This document shows positions 37,665 through 49,919 of a stretch of DNA of 64,000 nucleotides, in pieces. The stretch covers positions 39,442,304-39,506,303 of the forward strand of contig NC_092671.1 of assembly GCF_964355755.1 (NCBI RefSeq). Direction: 5' to 3'. The notes beneath the pieces were generated by a model. It had not been told where the DNA came from. It saw only the letters and a list, made by a program, of their open reading frames with translations, and did not search any database. Numbering within the stretch: position 1 is the stretch's first letter; the number at the start of each line of letters is the position of its first letter. A program made the translations under genes and the position numbers. This DNA comes from Antedon mediterranea. Lineage: Eukaryota; Animalia; Echinodermata.

Positions 37665-40600
37665 ACCACAGGACTACTGTGAATACTACTGCACTGTACA
37701 GTATACGACATATTTTGCTACACTGAAATATTGTTTGTTTGTTTGTTTTATTGGTTTTCCACACACAAATAAATACAATCACATGTTAAATAATATAGTA
37801 TTCGATAACTGAAATAACAAAATTAGGATAAGGTGGTGTGTGGATGGAGGCCAAAATAAGTTTGTTAAACAAACTTTAAGGCATGGCCACCAGTTAAAAT
37901 TAAAATTAAAAAAAGTTTAAATGGTGGTGGTTGAAAAATATAGCAGATAACATACGTCACAGGCAGTCTGATTTAACAAAGAGTTTAAAGAATTAAAGAG
38001 ACACTGCATCATTGAAACAAACAAAAAATGTTATGCTTAGTTCTGTTACGGTTTGTTTGTTGTATGATGGCAGTGTGTCCTGAAGTGACTCCAAGCAGTA
38101 GAAAAACAAATATTGGAATTAAAAATAAATAATAAGAATATAAGTCAGCACAGGCGCAAAAAACTGGAAAACTACATGATTATGAGGATCCATAAATATT
38201 ATTATTATTTATTGTCAAAGGGTTCATTTTAGGGTACATGGTTGCATATTAATTTATGTTTTTAATGGGATTCAAATTCACATTTATTCAGCAATATATA
38301 TTTACATTGTTACATACAATATTGCAGGGATCTTACAGAGAAAGTTTATGTTTTAAATTTTCAGTTATCAGTTTTTTTATTTAAATGAAGATATTTAAGC
38401 AGCACAGCACTAAGATTTAAGGAAACACAATGCAATATTTGCTTAGATTATTTCGAAAACTGACTTAGGCCTAAGCAAAGTAATTGACTTAATACAATGT
38501 TAAGATAAATCTGACAACCTGGTATTTCACTTATTAGCTATTATTGAATTTTCAACTTCTTTTGTTTTGTTTTGGGGAGTTGAATATATGAGTCAGTGCC
38601 ATTAAAATTAAACCTTTTTGGGGTTTTTTTAAAACTATTTTTTATCTTAACATAAATTTAATCAAATTGTAATAAATTGAGATTAGTTCCTCTTAATAGT
38701 ATATTTAACATTATAGTTATCTATATCTGTCCTCTTAGGACTTCTTTTAACAAGACAAATTTCACAGTGTTTTTGTAACGATTGGCAATTGGTTGTAATT
38801 GGGGTGATTAACAAAATGATATTTGTGTAAGACACAATTTAGTTTATTAATTAAAAATGAAACAATTAAATTTAGCACTATTTATCAGTACAGTAATTAT
38901 TGTTTCTGTGTCAAATAAAATTACAGTATCTTTCTGAAATGAATGAGTGTTTTTAGATGAAATGTATTAGTTTGTGTTTGGCACACTCTGGGTAAGTCAA
39001 TGAACAACTGTTTTTGACAAAAGAGACATGAACGTATTTTGACAAACAAGCAATTCCTGAACCATCGAGGTATACCTGAACTTGTTTTGAAAAACGAACA
39101 ATATTTTGACAAATGATCGATGAATTACTTATTTCCCCATCAAACTTAATGAACCTACATTTAAATACTGTTTTTTATTTAATTTGGATTTATATAGCGC
39201 TTTTCCAAGTGACCAAAGCGCAACATATTAATTTTTCCCATGATTTTTCAAATAAAGGTATTTCGTTTAATTTGTCCCTTTCTCTACTCATAATATCTCT
39301 ATGCTCTACTGACTTTGATCTTACTGCTGCTATTTCTTACAATAAGAGGGCGACATGCTACATTTAGTCCATTTTTTAATAAAAAAAAACTTCGCCCCCA
39401 TCGTTGAGCTATAATAAAATTATAGAACACAAAATGATAACGTTACGAACAAACGAATGAAAAAAGGTACTTGTCTAGTCCATGGTCTAGCATACCAAAT
39501 TGGAATTCACTTATGTTCGATTTTTCTACATCGTCGTGTCTGGCTTTGAGACTCATCGATATCTTTGCAAAAGTGTAAAATGCAAGTTTTTTATTCTAGC
39601 TATATTTTATGATTAGTGATAACAAAATGAAAAATAAATAAAACGATTAATAATAGAATAATAATTATATTAAAATTAGTATTCCGTAAAAAAACTGGGC
39701 GACAAAATGTGGTATTTGATGAATTCGCATATTAGTAGCCAATCAAATTGTTTATATAGAATGCTAATCTAAATATTACGTAACAGCATAAGCTCGAACC
39801 ATTCACATGGTGGTGTTGTTTTATTTTTCTCTGACGTTAAAAAGATGGCGCGACATTTTTGGTATTAAAGGTGGTGTTAATGCCACGCTATTCCATTCTC
39901 TTATGGTCGTAACGCTAAAATACTAGAATATTGGCTCCTAAATAGGCTACAGACTCATGTGGGTTAAACACATATCTATTCTTTGTTACCATAAAATTAC
40001 ACCGCGTATCTCGTACGTGTTGATTGAATTGGGTAAGCGAGTCGGTGAGGTTGGATGTTAGTCTGGCTGGACTATTATGGATTATTTAGTCAATAATTTG
40101 TGAATTCAGACTGTCAATTTGTTAATATTTTTATTTTTTTGTAGGTATTGATTTCAACCGGATTGCAATTTACAAGCTTAGGCTATTATTTATTTATTCA
40201 AAATTCAAGAGGGTGACCGAGCAAGTGGAAGCTGATTTTGAGTGGCCCTGTTGTCGCATCTTGTTGATGATGAGTCTTATTGCAATTTTACTGGATTTGT
40301 TGTTTCCTCACATGGATTATTTCTGGGATATTATATATTTTTGTTCATCGTAGCTTTGGAGCATCAAACATAGTAAGAACTAACACCACATAATTAGGCT
40401 ACTAACATGTCGTAAGATGGTCGCCAGCTTCGATAAACTTTATACTGTAAATTCCTGGGCCTTTTTCTGACTTTTCCCTTTATTATATTTTATGCAAATT
40501 AGTATTCACAACTTCTCATGTATTGATAAACAGCCTATTTCGCGTCATCCGAGTCATTAAAGAACATAACAATCCCACACCAAACTTTTTTGAATTAGAA

Positions 40601-41084
40601 TAAAATCTTTAGTCAGCGGACATACAACCAGCTGTTTTTATTAGAACACAGCAGGATTTATTTTCGTTTTCATATTTTTAGCGCACTGTTTTATTTCACA
40701 TTCTGTACCTGTCATTTGATCGTCATTTATTACGTATTTAAAGTCGTGTAACCGATACATTAGGACAAACAAATCAACACGGCGAATTTATTAAAAATTG
40801 TCACTTCAATAAATTATACATTTTGGAAATACGCCGTAGTCGTATTTTTGTAGTTTAATATCAAGCTCTGCTTTTGATTGATTGACACCGAAGTTTGATA
40901 AAAAAAAAAAACCTCTCACTTCAAATTTAGTTTTCATCGATCTCTAAACGAGTCTTTATTTTGACTTCATCTTTTTAACAAAGAAGTTTTCATCGATAAC
41001 GTGATATTTGGGTTTTTTTTTCTACGATTTGTTTTTCATACTTCGATAGGCCTATACACATTTTCTTTGAATTGTTACCGATCT

Positions 41085-41800
41085 GTAATTTACGACAGGA
41101 TTAATTTTTTCATCACTTCGATTTTCTTTTCATGATTTCTAGCTTCGAAATTAGTTTTCTATAATTTTACGACGACGAGATTTTTTCATCACTTCGATTT
41201 TTCATTATCATTTCTTCGATTGAGTTTTCCATAATTACGACAGGATTTGTTCATTACTTCGATTTTATTTTCATCATTTCTTTAAATGAGTTTTCCATAA
41301 TTTTACGACAGGATTTTTTCATCACTTCGATTTTCTTTACATCATTTCTTCGAATGAGTTTTCTATAATTTTACGACAGGATTTGTTTATCACTTCGATG
41401 TTTTCATCATTTCTTCGAATGAGTTTTTTAAAATTTCACGACAGGATTTGTTCATCACTTCGATTTTTTCATTATCATTTCTTTGAATGAGTTTTTCCTA
41501 ATTCTACGACAGGATTTTTTCACTACTTCGATTTTTTCATTATCATTTCTTTGAATGAGTTTTTCCTAATTCTACGACAGGATTTTTTCACTACTTCGAT
41601 TTTGTTTTCATCATTTCTTCGAATGAGTTTTCCATAATTCTACGACTGGATTTTTTTTATTAATTCGTTTTTTTCTTTACGCATTTCTTCGAATGCGTTT
41701 TCCATAATTTTACAATTCGATTTTTTCATCACTTCCATTTTTTTAGGCTACGCATTTCGAAAGTGTTTTTCACAATTTTACGACAGGATTTTTTCATCAC
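41085..41800. repeat. Degenerate ~60-bp minisatellite, ~11-12 units
   Basis: Recurrent acgacaggattttttcatcacttcgattt...catcatttcttcgaatgagttttccataatttt. Confidence 0.9.
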
Positions 41801-42171
41801 ATTTCTTACGAATTTCAACGATGTGTTTGCGACAAGATTGTTTCATCTTAGCCGAACCGTTCCATCGATTTTGTTTTCATCAAAAGGGTCTACATACACC
41901 ATGCCGCATCTTCGAACTGTTTTGGGTTTTTCGAACATTACCTGAAGTCCACTTTGGTATGTCGAATTATGCTCGGATGTGATTTGCATGGCTGACCCTC
42001 ATGCTGCGGTGGTGGTGGTGCGTGTGCCACACACAGAGTGTAGTGTGCGGCTAGCCGAGAACTGAACGTCAGAAGGCTTACTACCTATCTATTATTAATA
42101 TGCCTAGTAGGTAGGCCATAATAAGCCAATTATTAAGTATAATAAAATACAATACTTATGTATTTCTAAAC

Positions 42172-45100
42172 ATGACGTTCATTCAACTAACAAGGTAAAT
42201 ATTTGGGGCGAATTTCACCCTACTTTCTTAACCTCTCTCTAGCTAGCCTGACTGAGTTAGTTAGGCTATAATAAGGCTAGGCCTAAGCTAGGCCTTATTT
42301 TAGCCTAGCTAGGCCTAAAAAAGCCTTTAAGCCTGCGGTGGTGGTGGTTCAGTGAGTGAGTGTAGTAGTATCAACTAGGCCAGGCCTAACCCTGCTTGTG
42401 AAAGTGTGGTGGGTGCATCATTAGCGCCTACAGTAGACCTCATAATCTAGGCTAAATATAAATGTACTGTGTGTAGTGAAGGCCTAGTTAAATAGTAGGT
42501 TGGGTGACATCTTACTAAACTGTGGTGATAAAACCTGCAATCAATAAATGATGATGTACATTTTCTCATGTTTACAAATATTTTAATGTAATTTTCTGTT
42601 CGCAGGTTAAACATTCTGTCGTCTGCTACTAGACGAACTCGTATCATATGCAGCCAACTTAAAATGTCTTCAATGGCGTCGGAGGACGAAGTGATCTTGG
42701 AGAAAAAAGGTAGCAAAGGGATCATCACCCTCAACCGACCAAAGGCACTTAACGCCCTCAATCTATCCATGGTTCGTAAGATGTATCCCAAATTGAAGGT
42801 AATGAATGTCATATAATAATTAATTATATCATCATATTCCTATACTGTGCAGAACCTCTAATTGAAAGTAGGCCGCCGGCGGCAGCTCTATTATATATTA
42901 TGTTGAAAGTGATTGTGTATTTTTTACCCACAAGCGATGTTTTAATACATTTAAAATATATGGATATCAAACTGGACTACTTTATCTTAACTGAACCGGT
43001 TTAACTGGGCTACTGTTAGTGTGCAAACTCCAGGCCATGTGTATCCCTGTGCTAAACATTTAACTCGTATCTACTGGATAATGATTATATTTTAGGAATG
43101 GGAAGAGGATCCCAAGTCTACAATGGTAATCATTAAAGGTGCTGGAGAAAAGGCATTTTGTGCTGGTGGTGATATCAAAGGTTTGCAACAAACAATTAAG
43201 TTAATGTAATTAATATTCAATTGTCAGGTTTTCTGTTTTTAATTGACCAGACAGGTTTGTTGTTTATGGTTCACTGTTCAATCATTTTGAAAACATTTTT
43301 GATTTTGTACCCAATACAACAGCAGCTAAATGGCCACAGAATAATTCAAGCCTTTTAACCTTCAGAAAATTGTTGTCGTCAGAGACAAGCATGTGTCATA
43401 ATTAATATTATTAAAAGAAATTTCTTTTTTCTGGCAGCTGTGATAGATGCTGGTAGTAAAGGAGAGCCTAATGCAGGCTCTTTCTTTAGAGAAGAGTACA
43501 TCTTAAACAATGCAATTGGCACATTACATATACCATACATTGCTCTTATAGACGGTATTACAATGGGAGGGGTGAGTATGTCAACTTGCATTATTCTATT
43601 GTCAACAAATTAGAGTTTACTAACTAGAAGTAGTTATAGATTGAATTTGTTTTTCTTTTAACTAACACGTTAACAAAAATGAATATATGTTATATGCTGT
43701 CTTGTGTTCAAACTTTATGTGACAAAAAAATGTTATGTGCCCATATATGGACATGCTGATGTCATTGGACTACCATATAATTAAGTGCATATCACTAACA
43801 TATTTGGGCACATCACACTTTTTTGTCACATGATAGTGTAGATAGAGCCTAAGATCACTGCTTGTATTAAGTTCTGTCTACACTATCAAATTTTCTATTC
43901 AACTAACTCTCAAACAAAATGTGATGTGCCCATATAATATTTTGGGCACATTACAGTTTTTTGTCACATAGAGTTTGATAGTGTAGACGGAGGCTTAGAT
44001 CACTGATTGTTTTACTTCTATATAATGTCTATTTTATTTTAGATTTAATATGATTTCTTTATTTGACTTTATGATAGGGTGTAGGACTGTCGGTACATGG
44101 TAGCTTCAGGGTGGCGACCGAACGCACGTTATTTGCTATGCCAGAGACAGGTATTGGTCTCTTTCCAGATGTTGGAGGTGGATACTTCATGCCCAGGCTG
44201 GGTGGGAGGCTAGGCATTTTTCTTTCTCTGACTGGAATGAGGTTAAAAGCACGAGATGTTTACAAAGCTGGAGTCGCAACACACTTTGTTGAATCAGAAA
44301 AGGTAAAGCTCTGTCTACACTATCAAACTAGTTTGACAAGAAAGTGTGATGTGTCCAAATATGGTGGTGGTATGACATCATCATGTCCATATATGGGCAC
44401 ATCACATTTTTTGTCACATAAAGTTTGATAGTGGTAGACAAGGAATATAGAAAAATTGAATAATAATTCACTTTTATTTCAATTAAGATTCAAAGTTGAC
44501 AGATCCAACTACCATAATCATAAGACTCTTTGTAAAGTAAATTATAAATCTGTGCGAGTAAAAAAGGTTAGCCAGACCATTACTACTGACCAGTATTCAG
44601 ACCACTACTACTGACCAGTATTCAGACCACTACTACTGACCAGTATTCAGACCACTACTACTGACCAGTATTCAGACCACCACTACTGACCAGTATTTAG
44701 ACCACTACTACTGACCAGTATTCAGACCACTACTACTGACCAGTATTCAGACCACTACTACTGACCAGTATTCAGACCACTAATACTGACCAGTATTCAG
44801 ACCACTAATACTGACCAGTATTCAGACCACTAATACTGACCAGTATTCAGACCACTAATACTGACCAGTATTCAGACCACTACTACTGACCAGTATTCAG
44901 ATGACTACTACTGACCAGTATTCAGATGACTACTACTGACCAGTATTCAGACCACTACTACTGACCAGTATTCAGACCACTACTACTGACCAGTATTCAG
45001 ACCACTACTACTGACCAGTATTCAGACCACTACTACTGACCAGTATTCAGACCACTACTACTGACCAGTATTCAGACCACTACTACTGACCAGTATTCAG

Positions 45101-48100
45101 ACCACTACTACTGACCAGTATTCAGACCACTACTACTGACCAGTATTCAGACGACTACTACTGACCAGTATTCAGACAACTACTACTGACCAGTATTCAG
45201 ACCACTAATACTGACCAGTATTCAGACCACTACTACTGACCAGTATTCAGACCACTAATACTGACCAGTATTCAGACCACTACTACTGACCAGTATTCAG
45301 ACCACTACTACTGACCAGTATTCAGACCACTACTACTGACCAGTATTCAGACCACTACTACTGACCAGTATTCAGACGACTACTACTGACCAGTATTCAG
45401 ACGACTACTACTGACCAGTATTCAGACCACTACTACTGACCAGTATTCAGACGACTACTACTGACCAGTATTCAGACGACTACTACTGACCAGTATTCAG
45501 ACCACTACTACTGACCAGTATTCAGACCACTACTACTGACCAGTATTCAGACCACTACTACTGACCAGTATTCAGACCACTACTACTGACCAGTATTCAG
45601 ACCACTACTACTGACCAGTATTCAGACCACTAATACTGACCAGTATTCAGACCACTACTACTGACCAGTATTCAGACCACTAATACTGACCAGTATTCAG
45701 ACCACTACTACTGACCAGTATTCAGACCACTACTGTTGACCAGTATACAGACCACTATTAAGCTGCGGATCATTTCACTTCATTTGGCCAAAATTTGAAT
45801 AGTTTTAGTGAAGAGTTGAATTAAATTAAACATGTTCTTTGTTTTTTTTTGTTAGATACCACAACTAGAAGAAGAATTGCTTGCGTTACATAATCCTGTT
45901 GAGAAAGACATAGCATCAGTATTAGACAGATACCATAAAGAGGTATGAATAAATATTATCAGTACTTTGAACTTTGACCTGTCACTAATAAATAAAACAT
46001 GTATGTAAACAGTATAAAATATCAAGCCCTTTTATCTAAATCCTGTATCATAATGATAATATAATAGGAGAAATGATAACAACATTTATACTGGCAAGCC
46101 TTTTTAATCATGTCAGATCTGTACATTGTTATATCATTATACTGACCTTTAAATCAGCAGACTGTTTTCATATGCAGTCTAATACCATTTTATACCTCTT
46201 TGCAAAACCCTGGATTTTACACAAACCTTGTGTATACGTAGCATACCAAATTCTTTTGCAAGGTGATACAAAACTTTTATGATGTGCAAATGCTTGCATT
46301 GTGTTATATATGATGTGCAAATGCTTGCATTGTGTTATATATGATGTGCAAATGCTTGCATTGTGTTATATATGATGTGCAAATGCTTGCAGCATTGTCT
46401 TATATATGATGTGCAAATGCTTGCATTGTGTTATATATGATGTGCAAATGCTTGCATTGTGTTATATATGATGTGCAAATGCTTGCATTGTGTTATATAT
46501 GATGTGCAAATGCTTGCATTGTGTTATATATGATGTGCAAATGCTTGCATTGTGTTATATATGATGTGCAAATTCTTGCATTGTGTTATATATGATGTGC
46601 AAATGCTTGCATTGTGTTATATATGATGTGCAAATGCTTGCATTGTGTTATATATGATATGCAAATGCTTGCATTGTGTTATATATGATATGCAAATGCT
46701 TGCATTGTGTTATATATGATGTGCAAATGCTTGCATTGTGTTATATATGATGTGCAAATGCTTGCATTGTGTTATATATGATGTGCAAATGCTTGCATTG
46801 TGTTATATATGATGTGCAAATGCTTGCATTGTGTTATATATGATGTGCAAATGCTTGCATTGTGTTATATATGATGTGCAAATGCTTGCATTGTGTTATA
46901 TATGATAATGAACGAAATAAGTAGATAGCAAACAATTGGCAGAAAAGGATATTAAATATTTTGTTTGAAATTATTGCATCCACAGATGTGTGCAGTACAC
47001 CATAGTTGTCTTGATCTGCTAGATGTGCAATTTGTCTCGATTTGATGATACAAAAATGATAAATTATAGACTTTGATAGAATTCTAGAACCTACTTTAGT
47101 ATTAGCCTTATTTCAATTATTTTATAGTGTCAACTTGGCAGAGAAAAAGGATTCAGTTTAAAAGCAGACTTGGACAGAATAGACAAGCTGTTTGGTGGCA
47201 ATACATTAGAACAAATATTTAAAGATCTGGAGAAAGATGGATCAGAATGGGCAGATAAACAACTACAGGTAAATACGTTTTTGTTTTATATAATTAGGCA
47301 AATTGTCAAGGATAACCATAAGCGAATTCATTCACTATCCTTCTTAAAAGTGGCAATCCTGTTCACAAGACAAACATATACACAGGATGCTATACATAAA
47401 CAAAGTCTTATTACAAGTCTTTGTGAGTGGAGTTGTTATTTGTCATTAGGAAAAATCCTTACACTTGTGTTGCTAAACATATTTTACTTGCTTTCAATCA
47501 ATCAGAGACAGTGTTTTATACAAATAACAAAAATGTCGTGTTCTATTGGATGCAGTGGAGCTCTGTGAAATACTGCTGTACAGTCAACCTTCCAACAAAT
47601 TTATCCTTTTCACATTTTTAGAAAAAACGTTTTCTTTCATTTTAGAGTTTTAAATAATAATGTATTTTAAATGTTAAATTATTACTACAGATTTTAAAAC
47701 ATAAGTCTCCAACATCAATGAAAGTGACGCTGCGACAACTCATAGAGGGCGCTGATCTCAGTCTACAAGACTGCCTGATGATGGAGTACAGAATTGCAGA
47801 AGGGTGTTTAGTAAGTTGTTTCTCATAGCTCATATTGATAAGCTTCTTGAAGTGCTCACTACATTATACAAATACTAAATGTTTGCGTGGAATAATGAGA
47901 GAATGTAGTTTTGAAAGATGGACTGGTTGTCTATTCAACAATGCAAAATACAAAACATTCATTATTTGTTTTATAACACTGTATTCATTCATTCATTCAT
48001 TCATTCCCGACAACTCGCAGTTCACTCAGCTGTAAATGAGTACCTAGTTTAAAATACTAGGGAGAAAAAAGGTGGCATGGAAAGGAACTGGCCACCCTAC

Positions 48101-48603
48101 CACATAATGCAGAGGCTTAGTACAATGAGCTCCTAACAGCTCATTCCCCTACGTTCAGAATGAACACGGGACTCACCTCACCTATTCGTGCAAAACACAA
48201 ATACATAATTGACCAATCAAATGGCAAGTGTTTAAAGCTCTGTCTACACTATCAAGACGTGTGATGTGCCCGAATATGGTAGTGATATGCCCAAATATGG
48301 TAGTGATATGCCCAAATATGATAGTGATATGACATCATGTCCATATATGGGCACATCACATTTTTTGTTCATAACGTTTGATAGAGTAGACAGAGCTTAA
48401 CTGAAATTAATCAAATAGATCAAAAAGTTGTAATTTGAAATATGTTTTTATTTCAGCGTGGACATGATTTCTATGAGGGTGTAAGAGCTCTACTTGTCGA
48501 CAAAGATAATAACCCAAAATGGAATCCAAAAACAATTGAAGAAGTAACAGATGAAATGGTTGAGTCACACTTCCGTCAATTGGACAATGATCTCATTTTG
48601 TAG
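42172..48603 (+). CDS. HIBCH: 3-hydroxyisobutyryl-CoA hydrolase, mitochondrial (9 coding exons, ~384 aa)
   Basis: Exons 42172-42194 (tentative), 42606-42798, 43096-43180, 43438-43571, 44078-44302, 45856-45942, 47128-47268, 47691-47810, 48457-48603. Motifs [75 protein letters not shown]. The Arg/Ser-rich N-terminus fits a transit peptide. Confidence 0.94.
43708..43995. mobile_element. Two adjacent degenerate MITE family A copies in HIBCH intron 4
   Basis: Family core at ~43708-43849 and ~43870-43995; both are followed by agatcactg. Confidence 0.75.
44307..44440. mobile_element. MITE family A copy at the start of HIBCH intron 5
   Basis: GAAAAG|gtaa-agctctgtctacactatcaaactagtttgac... Confidence 0.85.
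44573..45758. repeat. 25-bp minisatellite (cagtattcagaccactactactgac)n, ~47 units
   Basis: Head-to-tail near-identical units without spacers, in HIBCH intron 5. Confidence 0.97.
46279..46905. repeat. 31-bp minisatellite (gatgtgcaaatgcttgcattgtgttatatat)n, ~20 units
   Basis: Head-to-tail near-identical units in HIBCH intron 6. Confidence 0.97.
48009..48184 (+). mobile_element. 5'-truncated SINE with a Nin-like central domain
   Basis: cactcagctgtaaatgagtacc...aggaactggccaccctacc...ctcacctcacct tail. Resemblance recalled from invertebrate SINE cores, not searched. Confidence 0.45.
48236..48397. mobile_element. MITE family A copy
   Basis: Both TIRs present with a TAA TSD on each side; the internal 21-bp unit gcccaaatatggtagtgatat is triplicated. 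Confidence 0.85.
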
Positions 48604-48899
48604 GTTATGAATTTTTACTTCAATTGTCTCTTTTGCTGCTCTTCAAGTGTCATAAAATGAGGCCAATGAACAATTGAGATTATTTAATATCTTACGAGTA
48701 AATTTTCTTTCTTATATACAGTATAATAAAAAAGTACGACGTTTTGCAAACGCTCTGTACTTAATTTTGTATTGAATTTTAAAAAGAGAAGTACTCCTAG
48801 ATTATTAATTGTGATCCAAATGAAATTATTATATTATAATTATCATTTCATTTTTTGCAAACACTTTCAAATATTCTATGGTATAGGAAAGATTTTAAA

Positions 48900-49156
48900 A
48901 CGGTCAACTCTCCCAATACCGGACACCTTTGGGTTGCCCAAATATGTCTGACTCTCCGAAAATTTTAGTATTCAGAATGTGTTTTAAATTTTTTTAATGA
49001 ATTTGAGACCTATTGGAATAAAAAATATGTCTGACTCTCCGAAAATTTTAGTATTCAGAATGTGTTTTAAATTTTTTAAATGAATTTGAGACCTATTGGA
49101 CAGGTTTTGGGAATGTTTCCGGTTTTCAGAGAGTCTGGTATTGGGAGAGTTGACTG
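48900..49156. mobile_element. pogo/Tc1-like MITE in the probable HIBCH 3' UTR
   Basis: TIR cggtcaactctcccaataccggac / gtctggtattgggagagttgactg followed by TA; internal ~84-bp tandem duplication. Confidence 0.75.
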
Positions 49157-49305
49157 TAGTATTAAAAAAGAAATATTTTCGGTCATTCTTTTAAATGTAC
49201 AATACAAATGTACAATACAAATATTCTGCCACTTGCAGATGGCCAGACGTTCTTGAGAGAAAGTTTGAACCATGAAGTTAGACACTAAGTCTACGCAATC
49301 ATCCA

Positions 49306-49410
49306 CACTACGTCATCATCCCAACTACGCCATCATCCCAACTACGCCATCATCCCAACTACGCCATCATCCCAACTTCGCCATCATCCCAACTTCGCCA
49401 TCATCCAAAC
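49306..49410. repeat. 17-bp minisatellite (aactacgccatcatccc)n, ~6 units
   Basis: Direct inspection. Confidence 0.9.
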
Positions 49411-49821
49411 TATCTTATTGAAATAGGAACGCATCTTATCTTGTTTTCCAAAAGTAAAGTCTTCAAGCAACTCTTAAAGCCAAATATAGACATCAGTGTT
49501 TTTTATATAATAGTTTTTTTTCAAATTGTACCATTATGTTTAAAAGTATAAAATACAGTTATGATAGAGTATTTGCAGATGATTGGTATTACGATTTTTA
49601 GTGTTGTTTTATTGGAAAAATGAATTGATATATTTAAGTTTTTATTGTAAATTTAACAACGATGTGTTATTGCTCTTGCAATCCATATTGTTGGTAGCCA
49701 AATTATGTTTTGCACATTTATAGGAAAGGTGCTTTTATGCTGCAGTATTATTGTAAATTATATTCATACCTGATCCTTGATTGAAATGTATTGTATAAAT
49801 AGATCTGTTCTTTTTTCGTTG

Positions 49822-49827
49822 AATAAA
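49822..49827 (+). terminator. Candidate HIBCH polyadenylation signal
   Basis: AATAAA followed ~30 nt later by the GT-rich ttttttgtttggttgtc. Confidence 0.4.
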
Positions 49828-49919
49828 AATATACTGCATAAAATTACCTGCTAGAATTTTTTGTTTGGTTGTCTCGAATGTGTTATGTGCAGGTCACCTC
49901 AATATATATTTGTAAAAAG

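Noticed and set aside
38480-39360. Minus-strand fragment FNGTDSYIQLP resembling a LamG-like strand, and nearby short ORFs
   Set aside because: Too short and interrupted by stops and frameshifts; it cannot be assigned without a translated search.
41845-41990. Short minus-strand ORF (MQITSEHNSTYQSGLQ...) with a donor-like CAG|GTAATG, divergent from HIBCH
   Set aside because: Under 50 codons, no recognisable homology, and no downstream exon found.
44573-45758. CRISPR-like appearance of the 25-bp array (also the 31-bp and 60-bp arrays)
   Set aside because: Units are contiguous with no unique spacers, there are no cas genes, and the context is a eukaryotic intron.
25164-48603. PPCS and HIBCH adjacency as a CoA-metabolism gene cluster
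   Set aside because: The pathways and compartments differ and each gene appears to have its own start; without conserved synteny data, chance is sufficient.
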